64,000 bases of DNA. Origin: Candidatus Spongiisociaceae bacterium (GTDB taxonomy: Bacteria > Actinomycetota > Acidimicrobiia > Spongiisociales > Spongiisociaceae). The first letter of the stretch is position 1; every line of letters begins with the position of its first letter. The stretch covers positions 2,656,001-2,720,000 of the forward strand of contig OZ253564.1 of the NCBI GenBank assembly GCA_965262915.1, written 5' to 3'. Below the pieces are notes generated by a model. The model was not told the origin of the DNA, made no database searches, and saw only the letters and a list, made by a program, of their open reading frames with translations. Positions 1 to 9,704 of the stretch are shown one piece after another. The translations under genes were made by a program, and so were the position numbers.

Positions 1-1313
1 ACGTTGCCGCTGAAGTCCAGGTAGCCGGCCGCCCCCGCGTAGGGGCCTCGCGCCACCGGCTCCAGCTCGTCGATGATCTCCATGGCCCGCACCTTCGGGG
101 CGCCCGACACGGTGCCGTGCGGGAACACCGCCCGCACCACATCGACCGGACCGTACCCCTCCCTCAGCTGTCCCGATACGCCCGAGACGATGTGCATCAC
201 GTGCGAGTAACGCTCCACCACCATCAGGTCGTCCACCTTAACCGAGCCGAAGTCGCACACCCTGCCCAGGTCGTTGCGGGCCAGGTCGATGAGCATCACG
301 TGCTCGGCCCGCTCCTTGGGGTCGGCCAGCATCTCCTTCTCCAGAGCCAGATCCTCCTCCTCCGTGGCGCCACGGGGCCGGGTCCCCGCTATAGGGCGGG
401 AATAGACCGTCCCATCCCGCACCCGTGTCATGAGTTCCGGCGACGAACCCGCCACGGTCACTTCGGGATGGTGCAGGTAGAAGAGGAAGGGGGACGGGTT
501 CACGAGGCGCAGGGCTCGGTACAGGCCGAACGGATCGGTCTCGAACGGGGTCGCCAGGCGCTGGCTCAACACCACCTGGTAGGCGTCACCGGCCCGTATG
601 TAGTCCTTTACCTTCCGCACCGATTCCTCGAAGACCTCCCGGGTCATGGTCGAGGTGACCGGCGGGCGGGCGGTGCGGTTGAAGTGGAAGGGTCCGGCCG
701 GTTCGTACCGCAGGGCCATGCCCAGGCGGTCGGCGGCGGCACGGAGCCGGCTCACCGCATCCCGGTAGGCGGAGTCGAGATCCTCCTCGAGATCCGTGAA
801 CACGTTCCGGACCAGTGTGAGCGTCTGGCCGAAGCGGTCGAGCGCCGCCAGGCTCCCCACGAACTGCCACATCATTTCGGGGAGACCCCGGTCGTCGGCC
901 GGCCGGTCGGGAAGGTGCTCGACGTAGCGGACCGTGTCGTAGGAGAGGTAACCCACCGCCCCCGAGTGCAAGGGCGGCAGCCCCTCGATCGGTCCGGTGG
1001 CGTAGCGTTCCAGCAGTCGCTCCATCACCGTGAGCGGATCCCCCTCGGGCAGTTCCAGCCGCGGATCGTCGACCCGGGTCACCCCGTCGTAGCTGGTGAC
1101 CGTGAACACCGGGTCCCAGCCCAGGAACGACCACTGCGCCCATCGCTCGCCCCCCTCCAGGGACTCGAGCAGGAAACCGGGTGCGTCGCCGACCAGCTTG
1201 CCGTAAGCGCTCACCGGCGTCTCCCGATCAGCCAGAACCGTCATGGTCACCGGCACCACCGGGAACGACCCTGCCAACCGGCGGAACTCCTCGGGTCCGG
1301 GTACTACCTCCAT
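1..1313 (-). CDS. trpE: Anthranilate synthase component I (3' end runs off the window)
   Basis: Manual minus-strand translation from ATG at 1313: MEVVPGPEEF...ADRETPVSAYGKL...FLLESLEGGERWAQWSFLG...PIAGTRPRG...KERAEHVMLIDLARNDLGRV...YSHVMHIVSG...RGPYAGAAGYLDFSGN. Confidence 0.93.
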   Translation of the reverse strand, partial: MEVVPGPEEFRRLAGSFPVVPVTMTVLADRETPVSAYGKLVGDAPGFLLESLEGGERWAQWSFLGWDPVFTVTSYDGVTRVDDPRLELPEGDPLTVMERLLERYATGPIEGLPPLHSGAVGYLSYDTVRYVEHLPDRPADDRGLPEMMWQFVGSLAALDRFGQTLTLVRNVFTDLEEDLDSAYRDAVSRLRAAADRLGMALRYEPAGPFHFNRTARPPVTSTMTREVFEESVRKVKDYIRAGDAYQVVLSQRLATPFETDPFGLYRALRLVNPSPFLFYLHHPEVTVAGSSPELMTRVRDGTVYSRPIAGTRPRGATEEEDLALEKEMLADPKERAEHVMLIDLARNDLGRVCDFGSVKVDDLMVVERYSHVMHIVSGVSGQLREGYGPVDVVRAVFPHGTVSGAPKVRAMEIIDELEPVARGPYAGAAGYLDFSGN

Positions 1314-1410
1314 GGATCCCACGTTACCGACCACCCGAGCCGATCCCGAACCGGACGGTTCTCCGGCGAGTGTCACTCCGCGCCTGTCGCTACGGCCCGT
1401 TGCTGCGTCC

Positions 1411-1845
1411 CTATTCGTGCCGATCCAACCAGGTTTGCAGGGTCTGGGTGGTCCAGGTGGGAACGCCGGCGCCCAGGAAGTCGTTGTCGTTGGTCCATAC
1501 CCCGGCGTCGAGGGCGAGGGCGCAGGCTACGGCGGGCCAGTCGGACGGGTCGCGTTGCGATCGGGCCAGAGCCTCGTCCTCGAACGGGGAGTACACATCG
1601 GCAACGACGATGGCCAGGTTGTTGTCCACGGCGTCGAGGCACACGACGACCAGGGCGTCTCGTTCGGCCGTGCTAAGCCCGACAGAGGTGGCGAATGCGC
1701 CGATGCGGCGGGGTAGTTCCACGTGCACCTCGGCAAGGGTGTGCTCGGGCAGGAACAGGTCCAACCGGTGGTCACTCAGCCGTTGCCTTCCCTTTGCCCG
1801 CAGCAGGTCACCTACCAGCACGCTCGCGTCGACCACCAGCAGCAT
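1411..1845 (-). CDS. PIN-domain (VapC-like) toxin
   Basis: N-terminal VVDASVL, RDPSDWPAVACAL and VWTNDNDF acidic PIN motifs; start overlaps the antitoxin stop. Confidence 0.85.
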   Translation of the reverse strand: MLLVVDASVLVGDLLRAKGRQRLSDHRLDLFLPEHTLAEVHVELPRRIGAFATSVGLSTAERDALVVVCLDAVDNNLAIVVADVYSPFEDEALARSQRDPSDWPAVACALALDAGVWTNDNDFLGAGVPTWTTQTLQTWLDRHE

Positions 1846-2099
1846 CAGCCTTTCCGGCCCTCGGGTGCCAGAGCTTCAACGAGGTCCTCCTCGCCCAGAC
1901 CGGTCCGCTCCAGGATCTTTCCGACGACCTCGCCGACCCGTTCGAGCGATTCGAGAACCTCCGCCCGGTCCCGCTCGGGTGTCGGAACCGGCACGAAGAA
2001 ACCTACCGGTTTGCCGTTCCGCTCGATCCGGATGGTCTCCCCCAGCTTCATCAGAGTGGTTGCCTGATCCCTGAATTGCCTGATCCCGACTGCTTGCAT
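1845..2099 (-). CDS. Phd/YefM-type antitoxin
   Basis: MQAVGIRQFRDQATTLMKLGETIRIERNGKPVG Phd fold; AGGAGG RBS before ATG at 2099; coupled to the PIN gene. Confidence 0.8.
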   Translation of the reverse strand: MQAVGIRQFRDQATTLMKLGETIRIERNGKPVGFFVPVPTPERDRAEVLESLERVGEVVGKILERTGLGEEDLVEALAPEGRKG

Positions 2100-2113
2100 G
2101 AACAAGACCTCCT

Positions 2114-2139
2114 ATTGTGGCCACCACTGTAGCCACAAT
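2114..2139. promoter_or_regulatory. Probable autoregulatory operator of the Phd-PIN TA operon
   Basis: Inverted repeat ATTGTGGC-N10-GCCACAAT, made of two tandem near-palindromes (TGTGGCCACC, TGTAGCCACA), directly upstream of the antitoxin RBS. Confidence 0.6.
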
Positions 2140-2196
2140 TTGATCCAAGTCGTGGGAGTGTCCGCCAAGCGGGTCAACCTCACCAACGACCACACC

Positions 2197-2307
2197 CACA
2201 TCGATGCCCGGCTTCGTATAGATGTGATGGCTGCCCCGCACCCGTACGAGCCGCCAGCCGTGAATTTCGAGCAGCCGGCAGAGCCTCTTGCCGCTGACCG
2301 CCTTCAT
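2197..2307 (-). pseudogene. hicA: HicA mRNA interferase toxin, 3'-truncated
   Basis: MKAVSGKRLCRLLEIHGWRLVRVRGSHHIYTKPG (HicA GSH motif); the expected VPVH...L C-terminal half is absent and the frame runs into unrelated sequence. Confidence 0.75.
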
Positions 2308-2507
2308 ACGGCGATTTCGATGACCCTGCCTTTGTCGGAAACCGAAGCCGTGCTCACGTCGACCGAGAGGCAACCTTCGACCGCTTCGTACAAGTTGGTC
2401 AGCAACTCTTCGAATAAGTCTCCCTGCGTGGCGCATCCGAGTATGGTCGGTACCTCTGCCCAGAAGCCACCCTCTTCTGCTTCATGGACGACAACCGACA
2501 GCTTCAT
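2304..2507 (-). CDS. hicB: HicB-family antitoxin (short form)
   Basis: VVHEAEEGGFWAEVPTILGCATQGD...NLYEAVEGCL; ATGA overlap with hicA. Confidence 0.88.
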   Translation of the reverse strand: MKLSVVVHEAEEGGFWAEVPTILGCATQGDLFEELLTNLYEAVEGCLSVDVSTASVSDKGRVIEIAV

Positions 2508-2577
2508 CCGGACCTCCTATCCGACTCGTTCACTCGGCTGGTTCGAGCGGAGACCGGAGAAGTCTACTGCCGGGCCC

Positions 2578-5500
2578 CTACCGGAAGTTGCGGCTTTGCA
2601 GTCGGTCGGTTCGGAGGGGGACGAAGCCTCTGGCCACCAGGTTGGTCACGCCGTAGCGGTATTCGAGGGTGCCTCGGATGATCAGGCCGGGGTTGCGGCG
2701 GGCGACTTTGCGGTGCTCGTTCCAGATCTCCGGCAGCACGACCACGTTGAGCAGCCCGGTCTCGTCCTCGAGGTTGAAGAAGACGATCCCCCTGGAGGTG
2801 GCGGGGCGCTGGCGGTGGGTGACGACGCCCCCCACCTGGACGCGAGCCCCGTTGCGGCGCATCTCGAGCGCTTCGGCGATCGGGAGGCATCCGAGCGCGG
2901 CCAGCCGGCGGCGGGCGAAGTGGATGGGATGGCGTACCGACACCCCCGTCGCCCACAGCGACGCCTGATGGGCCTCCCGGTCGTCCATCGGCGCCAGCGA
3001 GGGCGGATCCAGTCCGGGTACGAGCGGCAGCCGTTCGGGGCCGGCGCCGGCCAGGGCGCCGGCCATCCACATAACCTGGCGGGGGGTGACCCCGAGGGAT
3101 CCGAAGGCGCCGGCGGCGGCCAGACCCTCCAGGGTGTCCACCGGCAGCCCGGTGCGGTGGGCGAATTCGGCGGGATCGGTGAACGCTCCCCCGATCTGGC
3201 GGGCTGCCAGGACCCGTCTCGCCTCGGCCTCCCCCAGGTTGCGGACGTATCCCATCCCGAGCCGGGCCGCCACCGATCTCCGAGGGGGGTCCCCGACCGG
3301 TCCCCTCCCGCGCCGCCACCGCATACCGCAGTGCTCCACGATGTCGTCCTCGTCGCTCGGGTGCGGTTCGATGGTGCACTCCTCGATGGAGCGGTTCACG
3401 TCCGGGTCGAGCACCACCACCCCGTGGCGGAGAGCATCCTGCACCAGGGTGTTCGGGGAGTAGAAGCCCATCGGCTGGGCGTTTAGCAGGCCGACGAGGA
3501 ACTCGGCCGGGTAGTGGTAGCGCAGCCAGGCCGACATGTAGACGATGTAGGCGAACGACACCGAATGGCTCTCGGGGAAGCCGAACGAGGCGAAACCCTG
3601 CAGCTTCTCCCAGATCTCCACGGCGGCGGCGCCGGTCACTCCCTTGGATCGCATCCCCTCGAACACTTCCTCTTTGAGTTGCACCATCGCCTTGTCCGAC
3701 CGCTTGTGGGTCATGGCAGAGCGGAGCCGGTCCGACTGCCCCCCGTCGAAACCGGCGCACACGCGGGCCAGCTCCATGAGCTGTTCCTGGAAGACCGGCA
3801 CCCCCAGGGTGCGCGCCAGGACCGGTTCGGCCAGCGGATGGGGGTAGCGGACCCGCTCCTCCCCGTTGCGCCGGCGCAGGTAGGGATGGACCGAGGCGCC
3901 CTGGATGGGGCCGGGTCGGATGAGCGCCACCTCCACGGCGAGGTCGTAGAAGGTTTCGGGTTTGAGGCGCGGCAGGGTGGCCATCTGCGCCCTGGATTCG
4001 ACCTGGAAGAGCCCCACGGTGTCGGCCTTGGTCAGCATCTCGTACACGGCCGGTTCCTGGGGTACGGTGGCCAGGTCGATACTCCTGCCGTGGACCTCCT
4101 CGATGGTGTCCACCGTGAGGTGGAGGGCAGCCAGCATGCCGAGACCCAGCAGGTCGAACTTGACGATGCCCATGGCGGCGCAGTCGTCCTTGTCCCATTG
4201 CAGCACCGTGCGGCCCTCCATGCGGCCCCATTCGATGGGTACCACCTGCCACAGCGGGCGGTCGGCGATCACCATGCCTCCCGAGTGGATGCCCAGATGG
4301 CGGGGGAACCCGTCGAGGCGGCGGCAGATGTCGTAGACCAACTCGGTGGTCAGCCCGGCCGGGAGCGGGTCTTCGAGGCACAACTCGGCCGGGGCATGGG
4401 TGTCCACGTACCGGGTCATGCCGTCGGCCTGCGCCTGGGTGAAGCCGAAGGCCTTGGCCACGTCCTTGAGCACCGAGCGGGCCCGGTAGGTGATCACGTT
4501 GGCCACCATGGCCGCCCGCTCCCGGCCGTACCGGCGGTAGCAGTACTGGATGACCTCCTCGCGCCGCTCCGCCTCGAGGTCCAGGTCGATGTCGGGCGGG
4601 CGGCCGCGCTCCTCGGAGAGGAACCGCTCGAATGGCAGACCGAGGCGGATGGGGTCGACCCGGGTGAGGCCGAGGCAGCGGCACACCGCCGAGTCGGCGC
4701 CCGAACCCCGGATCTGGCACATGATGTCCTGGTCGCGGGCGAAGTTCACGATATCCCACACCACGAGGAAGTAACCGGGAAAGCCCAACCGCTGTATCAC
4801 ATCGAGTTCGTGGGCCAGCCGGGCGGTCGCCCGCTCATCGATCCCTCCTCCCCCGCCCCGGTACACCTTCCGGGCACCCTCGAAGGTGAGGTGGCGCAGG
4901 TAGTCCATCTCGTTGCGGAAGCGGTCGGGCATCGGGAAGTCGGGCAGCCGGGGTGCCACCAGCCGCAGGTCGAAGGCCATCTCCCTGCCCAGGGAGGCGG
5001 CCCGCTCCACCGCCCCCGGATACCTGCGGAACCGGGCCGCCATCTCCCCCGGTGACTTCAGGTAGCGCTCGTCGGTGGCGGGCCGGAACCCGTCGTGCTC
5101 GGTGAGAGAACGGCGCCCCCCCACCGCCGCCAGTACCTCGGACAGGTCGGCGTCCCGGCGGTCGGCGTAGTGGACGTTGTTGGTGGCCACCACGGGCAGG
5201 CCCAGCCGGTCCGCTACCTCCCACAGCAGGTCGTTGCGGTGGTCGTCCTCCGGCATCCGGTAGTCCCAGAGCTCGATGTGGAGACGCCGCCCGAAGATCT
5301 CCCGCAGGCGGGACGCCGCCCGGAGGGCCTCCACCTCGTCGCCCTGCTGGGCCGCGTGCGGGACCGCCCCCCGCCCGCACCCGCTGAGAGCCACCAGCTC
5401 GCCCCGGGTGGCTGCCTCCGCCAGGTTCTCCCACCGGTAGAGGGGGCGGCCCTTCTCCCCGCGCAGCTGGGCCCGGGAGACCAGGCGGCTCAGCTGGGCG

Positions 5501-5922
5501 TACCCCTCCGGGGAGGGCGCCAGCACCACCAGGTGCTCGAATTCACCATGATCGGCCGACGGCTTGGTCCGGTGACTGCGACGGGTTCTTCGACCCTTAC
5601 TCCGGGTAGGGTCATCCGACGATGCCCGGGCCGTTGGCGCGGCATCGCGCTGAGCCGCCTCCTCGAAGGGCGACGTGATCCCTTCATCGGGCGAGCTCGC
5701 GGGATGGAGCGAGAGTTCCACCCCGTACACGGACGGCAACCCGGTCTCCCTCGCCGCCTGCCAGAACCGCACCAACCCGTAGAAACCGTCATGGTCGGTG
5801 ATCGCCAGAGCCTCGTACCCGAGCTTCGCGGCCCGCTCCACCAGCCGCTCGGGATGCGAGGCCCCATCGAGGAACGAGAAGTTGGAATGGGCGTGCAGTT
5901 CGGCGTAGCGGGGGCCCCTCAT
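2578..5922 (-). CDS. dnaE2: Error-prone DNA polymerase DnaE2 (ImuC)
   Basis: PHP YAELHAHSNFSFLDGAS, RGSGADS, PPDIDLD, FQVESRAQM, FGFPESHS, QPMGFY; C-terminal SRNFR resembles the DnaE2 SRDF tail. Confidence 0.96.
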   Translation of the reverse strand: MRGPRYAELHAHSNFSFLDGASHPERLVERAAKLGYEALAITDHDGFYGLVRFWQAARETGLPSVYGVELSLHPASSPDEGITSPFEEAAQRDAAPTARASSDDPTRSKGRRTRRSHRTKPSADHGEFEHLVVLAPSPEGYAQLSRLVSRAQLRGEKGRPLYRWENLAEAATRGELVALSGCGRGAVPHAAQQGDEVEALRAASRLREIFGRRLHIELWDYRMPEDDHRNDLLWEVADRLGLPVVATNNVHYADRRDADLSEVLAAVGGRRSLTEHDGFRPATDERYLKSPGEMAARFRRYPGAVERAASLGREMAFDLRLVAPRLPDFPMPDRFRNEMDYLRHLTFEGARKVYRGGGGGIDERATARLAHELDVIQRLGFPGYFLVVWDIVNFARDQDIMCQIRGSGADSAVCRCLGLTRVDPIRLGLPFERFLSEERGRPPDIDLDLEAERREEVIQYCYRRYGRERAAMVANVITYRARSVLKDVAKAFGFTQAQADGMTRYVDTHAPAELCLEDPLPAGLTTELVYDICRRLDGFPRHLGIHSGGMVIADRPLWQVVPIEWGRMEGRTVLQWDKDDCAAMGIVKFDLLGLGMLAALHLTVDTIEEVHGRSIDLATVPQEPAVYEMLTKADTVGLFQVESRAQMATLPRLKPETFYDLAVEVALIRPGPIQGASVHPYLRRRNGEERVRYPHPLAEPVLARTLGVPVFQEQLMELARVCAGFDGGQSDRLRSAMTHKRSDKAMVQLKEEVFEGMRSKGVTGAAAVEIWEKLQGFASFGFPESHSVSFAYIVYMSAWLRYHYPAEFLVGLLNAQPMGFYSPNTLVQDALRHGVVVLDPDVNRSIEECTIEPHPSDEDDIVEHCGMRWRRGRGPVGDPPRRSVAARLGMGYVRNLGEAEARRVLAARQIGGAFTDPAEFAHRTGLPVDTLEGLAAAGAFGSLGVTPRQVMWMAGALAGAGPERLPLVPGLDPPSLAPMDDREAHQASLWATGVSVRHPIHFARRRLAALGCLPIAEALEMRRNGARVQVGGVVTHRQRPATSRGIVFFNLEDETGLLNVVVLPEIWNEHRKVARRNPGLIIRGTLEYRYGVTNLVARGFVPLRTDRLQSRNFR

Positions 5923-5941
5923 TCCCCCAGGCTAGCCAAGT

Positions 5942-5961
5942 GAGCGAACGCATGTTCGCTC
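5942..5961. promoter_or_regulatory. LexA (SOS) box upstream of dnaE2
   Basis: GAGCGAAC-GCAT-GTTCGCTC matches the actinobacterial CGAAC-N4-GTTCG consensus, about 20 bp upstream of the dnaE2 start. Confidence 0.85.
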
Positions 5962-6094
5962 CAGCCGGACTTCCATAACGAGAGGGGTGCAAAAATATCC
6001 ATACCTGTAACCCTCGCCTTAGGGTGATTATTTGGGTTAATTCCGCTATAAGCCTCGTCAGCTATATGTTACTATGGAAGTAAGCCTCAAATAG

Positions 6095-7543
6095 GTGGAG
6101 GAGCTGAAGCCTGTGTGGGAACCGAAACCGGAAGATCTGGTCAGGGTCATCCTCGAGCAGAACCCTTGGCATATGCTGGGCCGCGTACCATCGTCACTGG
6201 CTCCCCCGACAGAACGACCACTGGCATCCGCTTTGTGGCAGAGGCTCGTGAGAGACCAGCCGAGACGCTACCAGTTGATATTGGGGCCGCGCCGCGTTGG
6301 CAAGACTACGGTTCTCTACCAGACGGTGCGTCACCTCCTCAGCAAGGGAATCGACCCACGGCACATAGGGTGGCTCCGGATGGACCACCCGTTGTTGATG
6401 CAGTTCGACCTCGGCTCGCTGGTTCGAAAAGCGATGGATGTCCTGGATGCAGACCACGCGTCGCCGCTGTACCTGATGCTCGACGAGTTGGTATACGCGA
6501 GCGACTGGGATCTGTGGCTGAAGACGTTCTACGACGAAGGATGGCCGGTGCGGATCGCCGCTACTTCCAGTGCTACCGCCGCGTTGCGCGAACGCCGATT
6601 GGAGAGCGGTGTGGGCAGATGGTCCGAACAGCACCTCACCCCCTACCAGTTCCGCGAATACCTCGACCTGGTCGACCACCCTTACGAGATGCACGCCTGC
6701 CGGACGCTGGCCGAGACACTCCGATCCCTACCCCAGGGCCGGTACGCCGATGCCGACCTGGTTGCGGCACGCCGCAGGTTCATGCTGGTGGGGGGATTCC
6801 CCGAGCTGCTCGCCGCCGACCGTGGTAGGGAACGTCCCGATGAGGACCTCGTCCTCGAATCCCAACAGATCCTGCGTAGCGACGCCGTAGAACGCTCCAT
6901 CTACAAGGACATTCCCCAATCGTTCGGGGTCGGCAACCCGATCCTGCTGGAACGGTTGCTGTACGTACTCGCAGGACAGACCGCCGGGATCCTCTCTCCC
7001 TCCAAGATCAGCCGCGAGCTGGCCATGTCGCAGCCCACCTTCGACCGGTACCTCTCCTACCTGGAACGCACGTTCCTGGTGTTCACCCTCCCCAACTACT
7101 CGGGCCGAGAGGCCACCATCCAGAAGAGGGGACGCAAGCTGTACTTCTTCGACGGCGCAGTCCGTAACGCTGCTCTCCAGCGCGGTCTGGCCCTGCTCGA
7201 CAACCCCACCGAACTCGGTCTCCTGATCGAGAACCTCGTCGCCGCATCACTACAAGGACACGCCCTACGTTCGGGAATCCGTCTCCACCATTGGCGAGAC
7301 GGCAACAACGAGGTCGATCTGATCTACGCTCACCCGACGCAACCCCTCGCGTTCGAGATCGCATCCTCTCCCAACCACAGCCGCTCGGGGCTCCGTCAGC
7401 TCATCCGAAGACACCACCGATTCCGGGGAGGCTGCTACCTGGTCGCACCCCAAGCACCCATCATCCACCCGGACGCCACAGGAATCGGCACCCTACCCCT
7501 GGACATCCTCCTGCTCGCCGTAGGCACCCAGACCGACCCGTAA
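6095..7543 (+). CDS. AAA+ ATPase with DUF4143 C-terminal domain
   Basis: QNPW, Walker A GPRRVGKT, Walker B LMLDE, GGFPE, RKLYFFD, ENLV, HWRD..EVDLI..FEI. Confidence 0.88.
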   Translation: MEELKPVWEPKPEDLVRVILEQNPWHMLGRVPSSLAPPTERPLASALWQRLVRDQPRRYQLILGPRRVGKTTVLYQTVRHLLSKGIDPRHIGWLRMDHPLLMQFDLGSLVRKAMDVLDADHASPLYLMLDELVYASDWDLWLKTFYDEGWPVRIAATSSATAALRERRLESGVGRWSEQHLTPYQFREYLDLVDHPYEMHACRTLAETLRSLPQGRYADADLVAARRRFMLVGGFPELLAADRGRERPDEDLVLESQQILRSDAVERSIYKDIPQSFGVGNPILLERLLYVLAGQTAGILSPSKISRELAMSQPTFDRYLSYLERTFLVFTLPNYSGREATIQKRGRKLYFFDGAVRNAALQRGLALLDNPTELGLLIENLVAASLQGHALRSGIRLHHWRDGNNEVDLIYAHPTQPLAFEIASSPNHSRSGLRQLIRRHHRFRGGCYLVAPQAPIIHPDATGIGTLPLDILLLAVGTQTDP

Positions 7544-7566
7544 CGTGGTTGGTGGTGCGCGGTTCA

Positions 7567-7599
7567 CTGGCACCTGGCACCTGGCACCTGGCACCTGGC
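7567..7599. repeat. Heptamer tandem repeat (CTGGCAC) x4.7
   Basis: ctggcac ctggcac ctggcac ctggcac ctggc directly after the imuB stop. Confidence 0.9.
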
Positions 7600-7600
7600 C

Positions 7601-9067
7601 TCAGTCGTAGACGCCGACCACCGATGCGCGGCCGTCGGTCACCCGGCACAGCATGGCCCCCGCCGAGGTGACGATCTGGTAGAGGTCGCTCGGCTCCTCC
7701 TCGGCCCACCACCGGCCCAGCCTTCTCCACGGTCCCGCCCAGGCCACCACGGGTTCCCACCGGCTGGCCAGGCGCACCCTGGTCGGGATGCCGGCGTCCC
7801 ATTCCACGTCCAGGTGCCGGGGGCGGGGTGGTACCAGGCTCGGGGACGGCTCCGGAACCTTCCCCGGCCACGGGGACCCGAGAGAGCGTACCGGCTCGGG
7901 GAACTCCTCCCCCCAGCGGGTCCACTGCACCCGCTCGGCCGGGTCTCGCCCCCCTTGGGGGCGGGCTTCGAGGACCGAGTCGGGGCCCACGATGGTCCGG
8001 GTCCTCTCCAGCGCACGCTCGGCCTCGATGCGCGCCGCCGTTGCCTCGAACAGTCCCGGCTGGTGACCCTCATCGGACAGGTCGGCCGGTGACAGCTTGA
8101 GGCGGGCCAGACCGCCCGGTATCCCGCCGGTCTCGGTCCATGCCCGGAGCTGCCACCAGATCCTTTCGGCCAGTGCCCGGTCGTCGAAGGGTTCGGCTCT
8201 CCGCCATACCCGCGATCGCGTGGTTCCCTCGGCTGCTTCCGCCTCCACCTCCACCCGGTGAGGAGCGATTCGGTGTTGATCCAGCAAGCTCATGAGGGTC
8301 CCGGCCAGGTTGCGGGCGGCGAACCCCACCTGCTCGAGGAGTCGGAGCGGCTCCTCGAAGGTCCGCTCGACTACCAGGTCGGGAGGGATACGGCGCGGTG
8401 CGACCATCCGGTCCTCACCGCTCGCCAGCCGGTGGGCCTCCAGACCACGGGCGCCGAACCGGGACGCCACCGTGCCGCGGGGAAGGGCCGCCAGCCCCCC
8501 GAGGGTGGTCACCCCGAGCCACCGGAAGGTGGCGATCAGCTCGTCGGTCGCCAAGGCCGAGATATCCAGCCCGGCCAGGAAGGCCCTGTCGTCCTCCACC
8601 ATCAGCGCAGGGCGGGCCGAACGGGCTGCCCAGTACGCCGCGAACGGGCCGCCCGCCACCCCGAAACGGCCCCCTTCCGCCAGAGGATCAACCGCCCCGG
8701 CCACCCGGTCCACGACAGCCTCCTCCCCGCCGTAGTAGTGGATCGCCCCGTCGATAGGGACGAGCACCCAACCCGGCTCGACCACCTCGACCCGGGGAAT
8801 CAGGTCCTCGATCACGTCCAGCACCGGTTCGAAGCGCCGGGTCTCGCCGACCGGGTCACGGTCCAGGGACAGGGCCGATGGGCATAGAGCCTCGGCGGCG
8901 CGACACGCCATGCCGGTCTTCACTCCCGCTTCCCGCGCCGGATGGTTGACGGCCGCCACCAGCGGACGGCCGTCCCGGGTCCCTACGACGAAGACCGCCC
9001 TATCCGGCGGCGCGTCCGGTCTGCGGAGTAACCAATCGGGAAACCACACGCACAGGATGCGCGCCAT
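7601..9067 (-). CDS. imuB: ImuB, inactive Y-family polymerase-like mutasome scaffold
   Basis: MARILCVWFPDW...AREAGVKTGM...AEALCP...LGVTTLGGLAALP...WAGPW...WW...GVYD; start taken at ATG 9067. Confidence 0.9.
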   Translation of the reverse strand: MARILCVWFPDWLLRRPDAPPDRAVFVVGTRDGRPLVAAVNHPAREAGVKTGMACRAAEALCPSALSLDRDPVGETRRFEPVLDVIEDLIPRVEVVEPGWVLVPIDGAIHYYGGEEAVVDRVAGAVDPLAEGGRFGVAGGPFAAYWAARSARPALMVEDDRAFLAGLDISALATDELIATFRWLGVTTLGGLAALPRGTVASRFGARGLEAHRLASGEDRMVAPRRIPPDLVVERTFEEPLRLLEQVGFAARNLAGTLMSLLDQHRIAPHRVEVEAEAAEGTTRSRVWRRAEPFDDRALAERIWWQLRAWTETGGIPGGLARLKLSPADLSDEGHQPGLFEATAARIEAERALERTRTIVGPDSVLEARPQGGRDPAERVQWTRWGEEFPEPVRSLGSPWPGKVPEPSPSLVPPRPRHLDVEWDAGIPTRVRLASRWEPVVAWAGPWRRLGRWWAEEEPSDLYQIVTSAGAMLCRVTDGRASVVGVYD

Positions 9068-9635
9068 CGTCCTCCACCTCCACCATCTGCCTCCGGCCCG
9101 CTGCGCCCTTCCCGGACAGTTCGAGGACGAGGGTGCGACGGTCCAGACGCCCGTGCCCCTCTCCGGCACCCGCCCACACGACTTGGTGGATCTGCACTCG
9201 TAGGTAAGCCAAACCGGAAGGGAGCCGACCATCGAGCGGGCGTAGGATCATGCCGGCGTCCCGTGCCCGCGCCTTGGCGCCGAGCCGTCGTAACACCGAT
9301 TCCCGTATGCCGGGAGGAACCTCGGCGTAGATCGCCTTCACCCCATCGAGCAGGGCGGCGACGACGCGCGGCCATCGAGCCGGATCACCGCAACGGACAA
9401 CCGCCAACTGATCAGGACGGATCCCCACCTCCCACACCGCCAGTGGGCATACCCATCCCCGAACGTCCACCACCACCCGGTAGGGATGCGACACCCCGGC
9501 CAGCATCGAGAACCCGACCCGGGTAAGCCCCAGCCCGGTGGGGCCTTCCAACCCGATCACATGTCCGGGACGCAACCCCAACGGGTCGGCGGCTACCCAC
9601 GCAGTCATGTCGGACACCGAAACGATCGTGGCCAT
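9000..9635 (-). CDS. imuA: ImuA' (RecA-like mutasome accessory protein)
   Basis: GLRPG, degenerate P-loop, GIRPDQLAVVR, VVAALLDG, LRRLGAKAR; overlaps imuB and has an SOS box upstream. Confidence 0.82.
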   Translation of the reverse strand: MATIVSVSDMTAWVAADPLGLRPGHVIGLEGPTGLGLTRVGFSMLAGVSHPYRVVVDVRGWVCPLAVWEVGIRPDQLAVVRCGDPARWPRVVAALLDGVKAIYAEVPPGIRESVLRRLGAKARARDAGMILRPLDGRLPSGLAYLRVQIHQVVWAGAGEGHGRLDRRTLVLELSGKGAAGRRQMVEVEDDGAHPVRVVSRLVTPQTGRAAG

Positions 9636-9704
9636 TCCCTTCCCTACCCGTTCCTTCCTGTATCCGGGTGGTGTTCACTCCCTCGTCATCGACAAGGGCC
9701 ATAC

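Noticed and set aside
117-1676. 519-aa + strand ORF and many other long overlapping ORFs (e.g. 2098-3486, 3514-5055, 53747-56182, 57122-58945)
   Set aside because: These are antisense or off-frame shadows of recognisable genes in high-GC DNA and show no family motifs.
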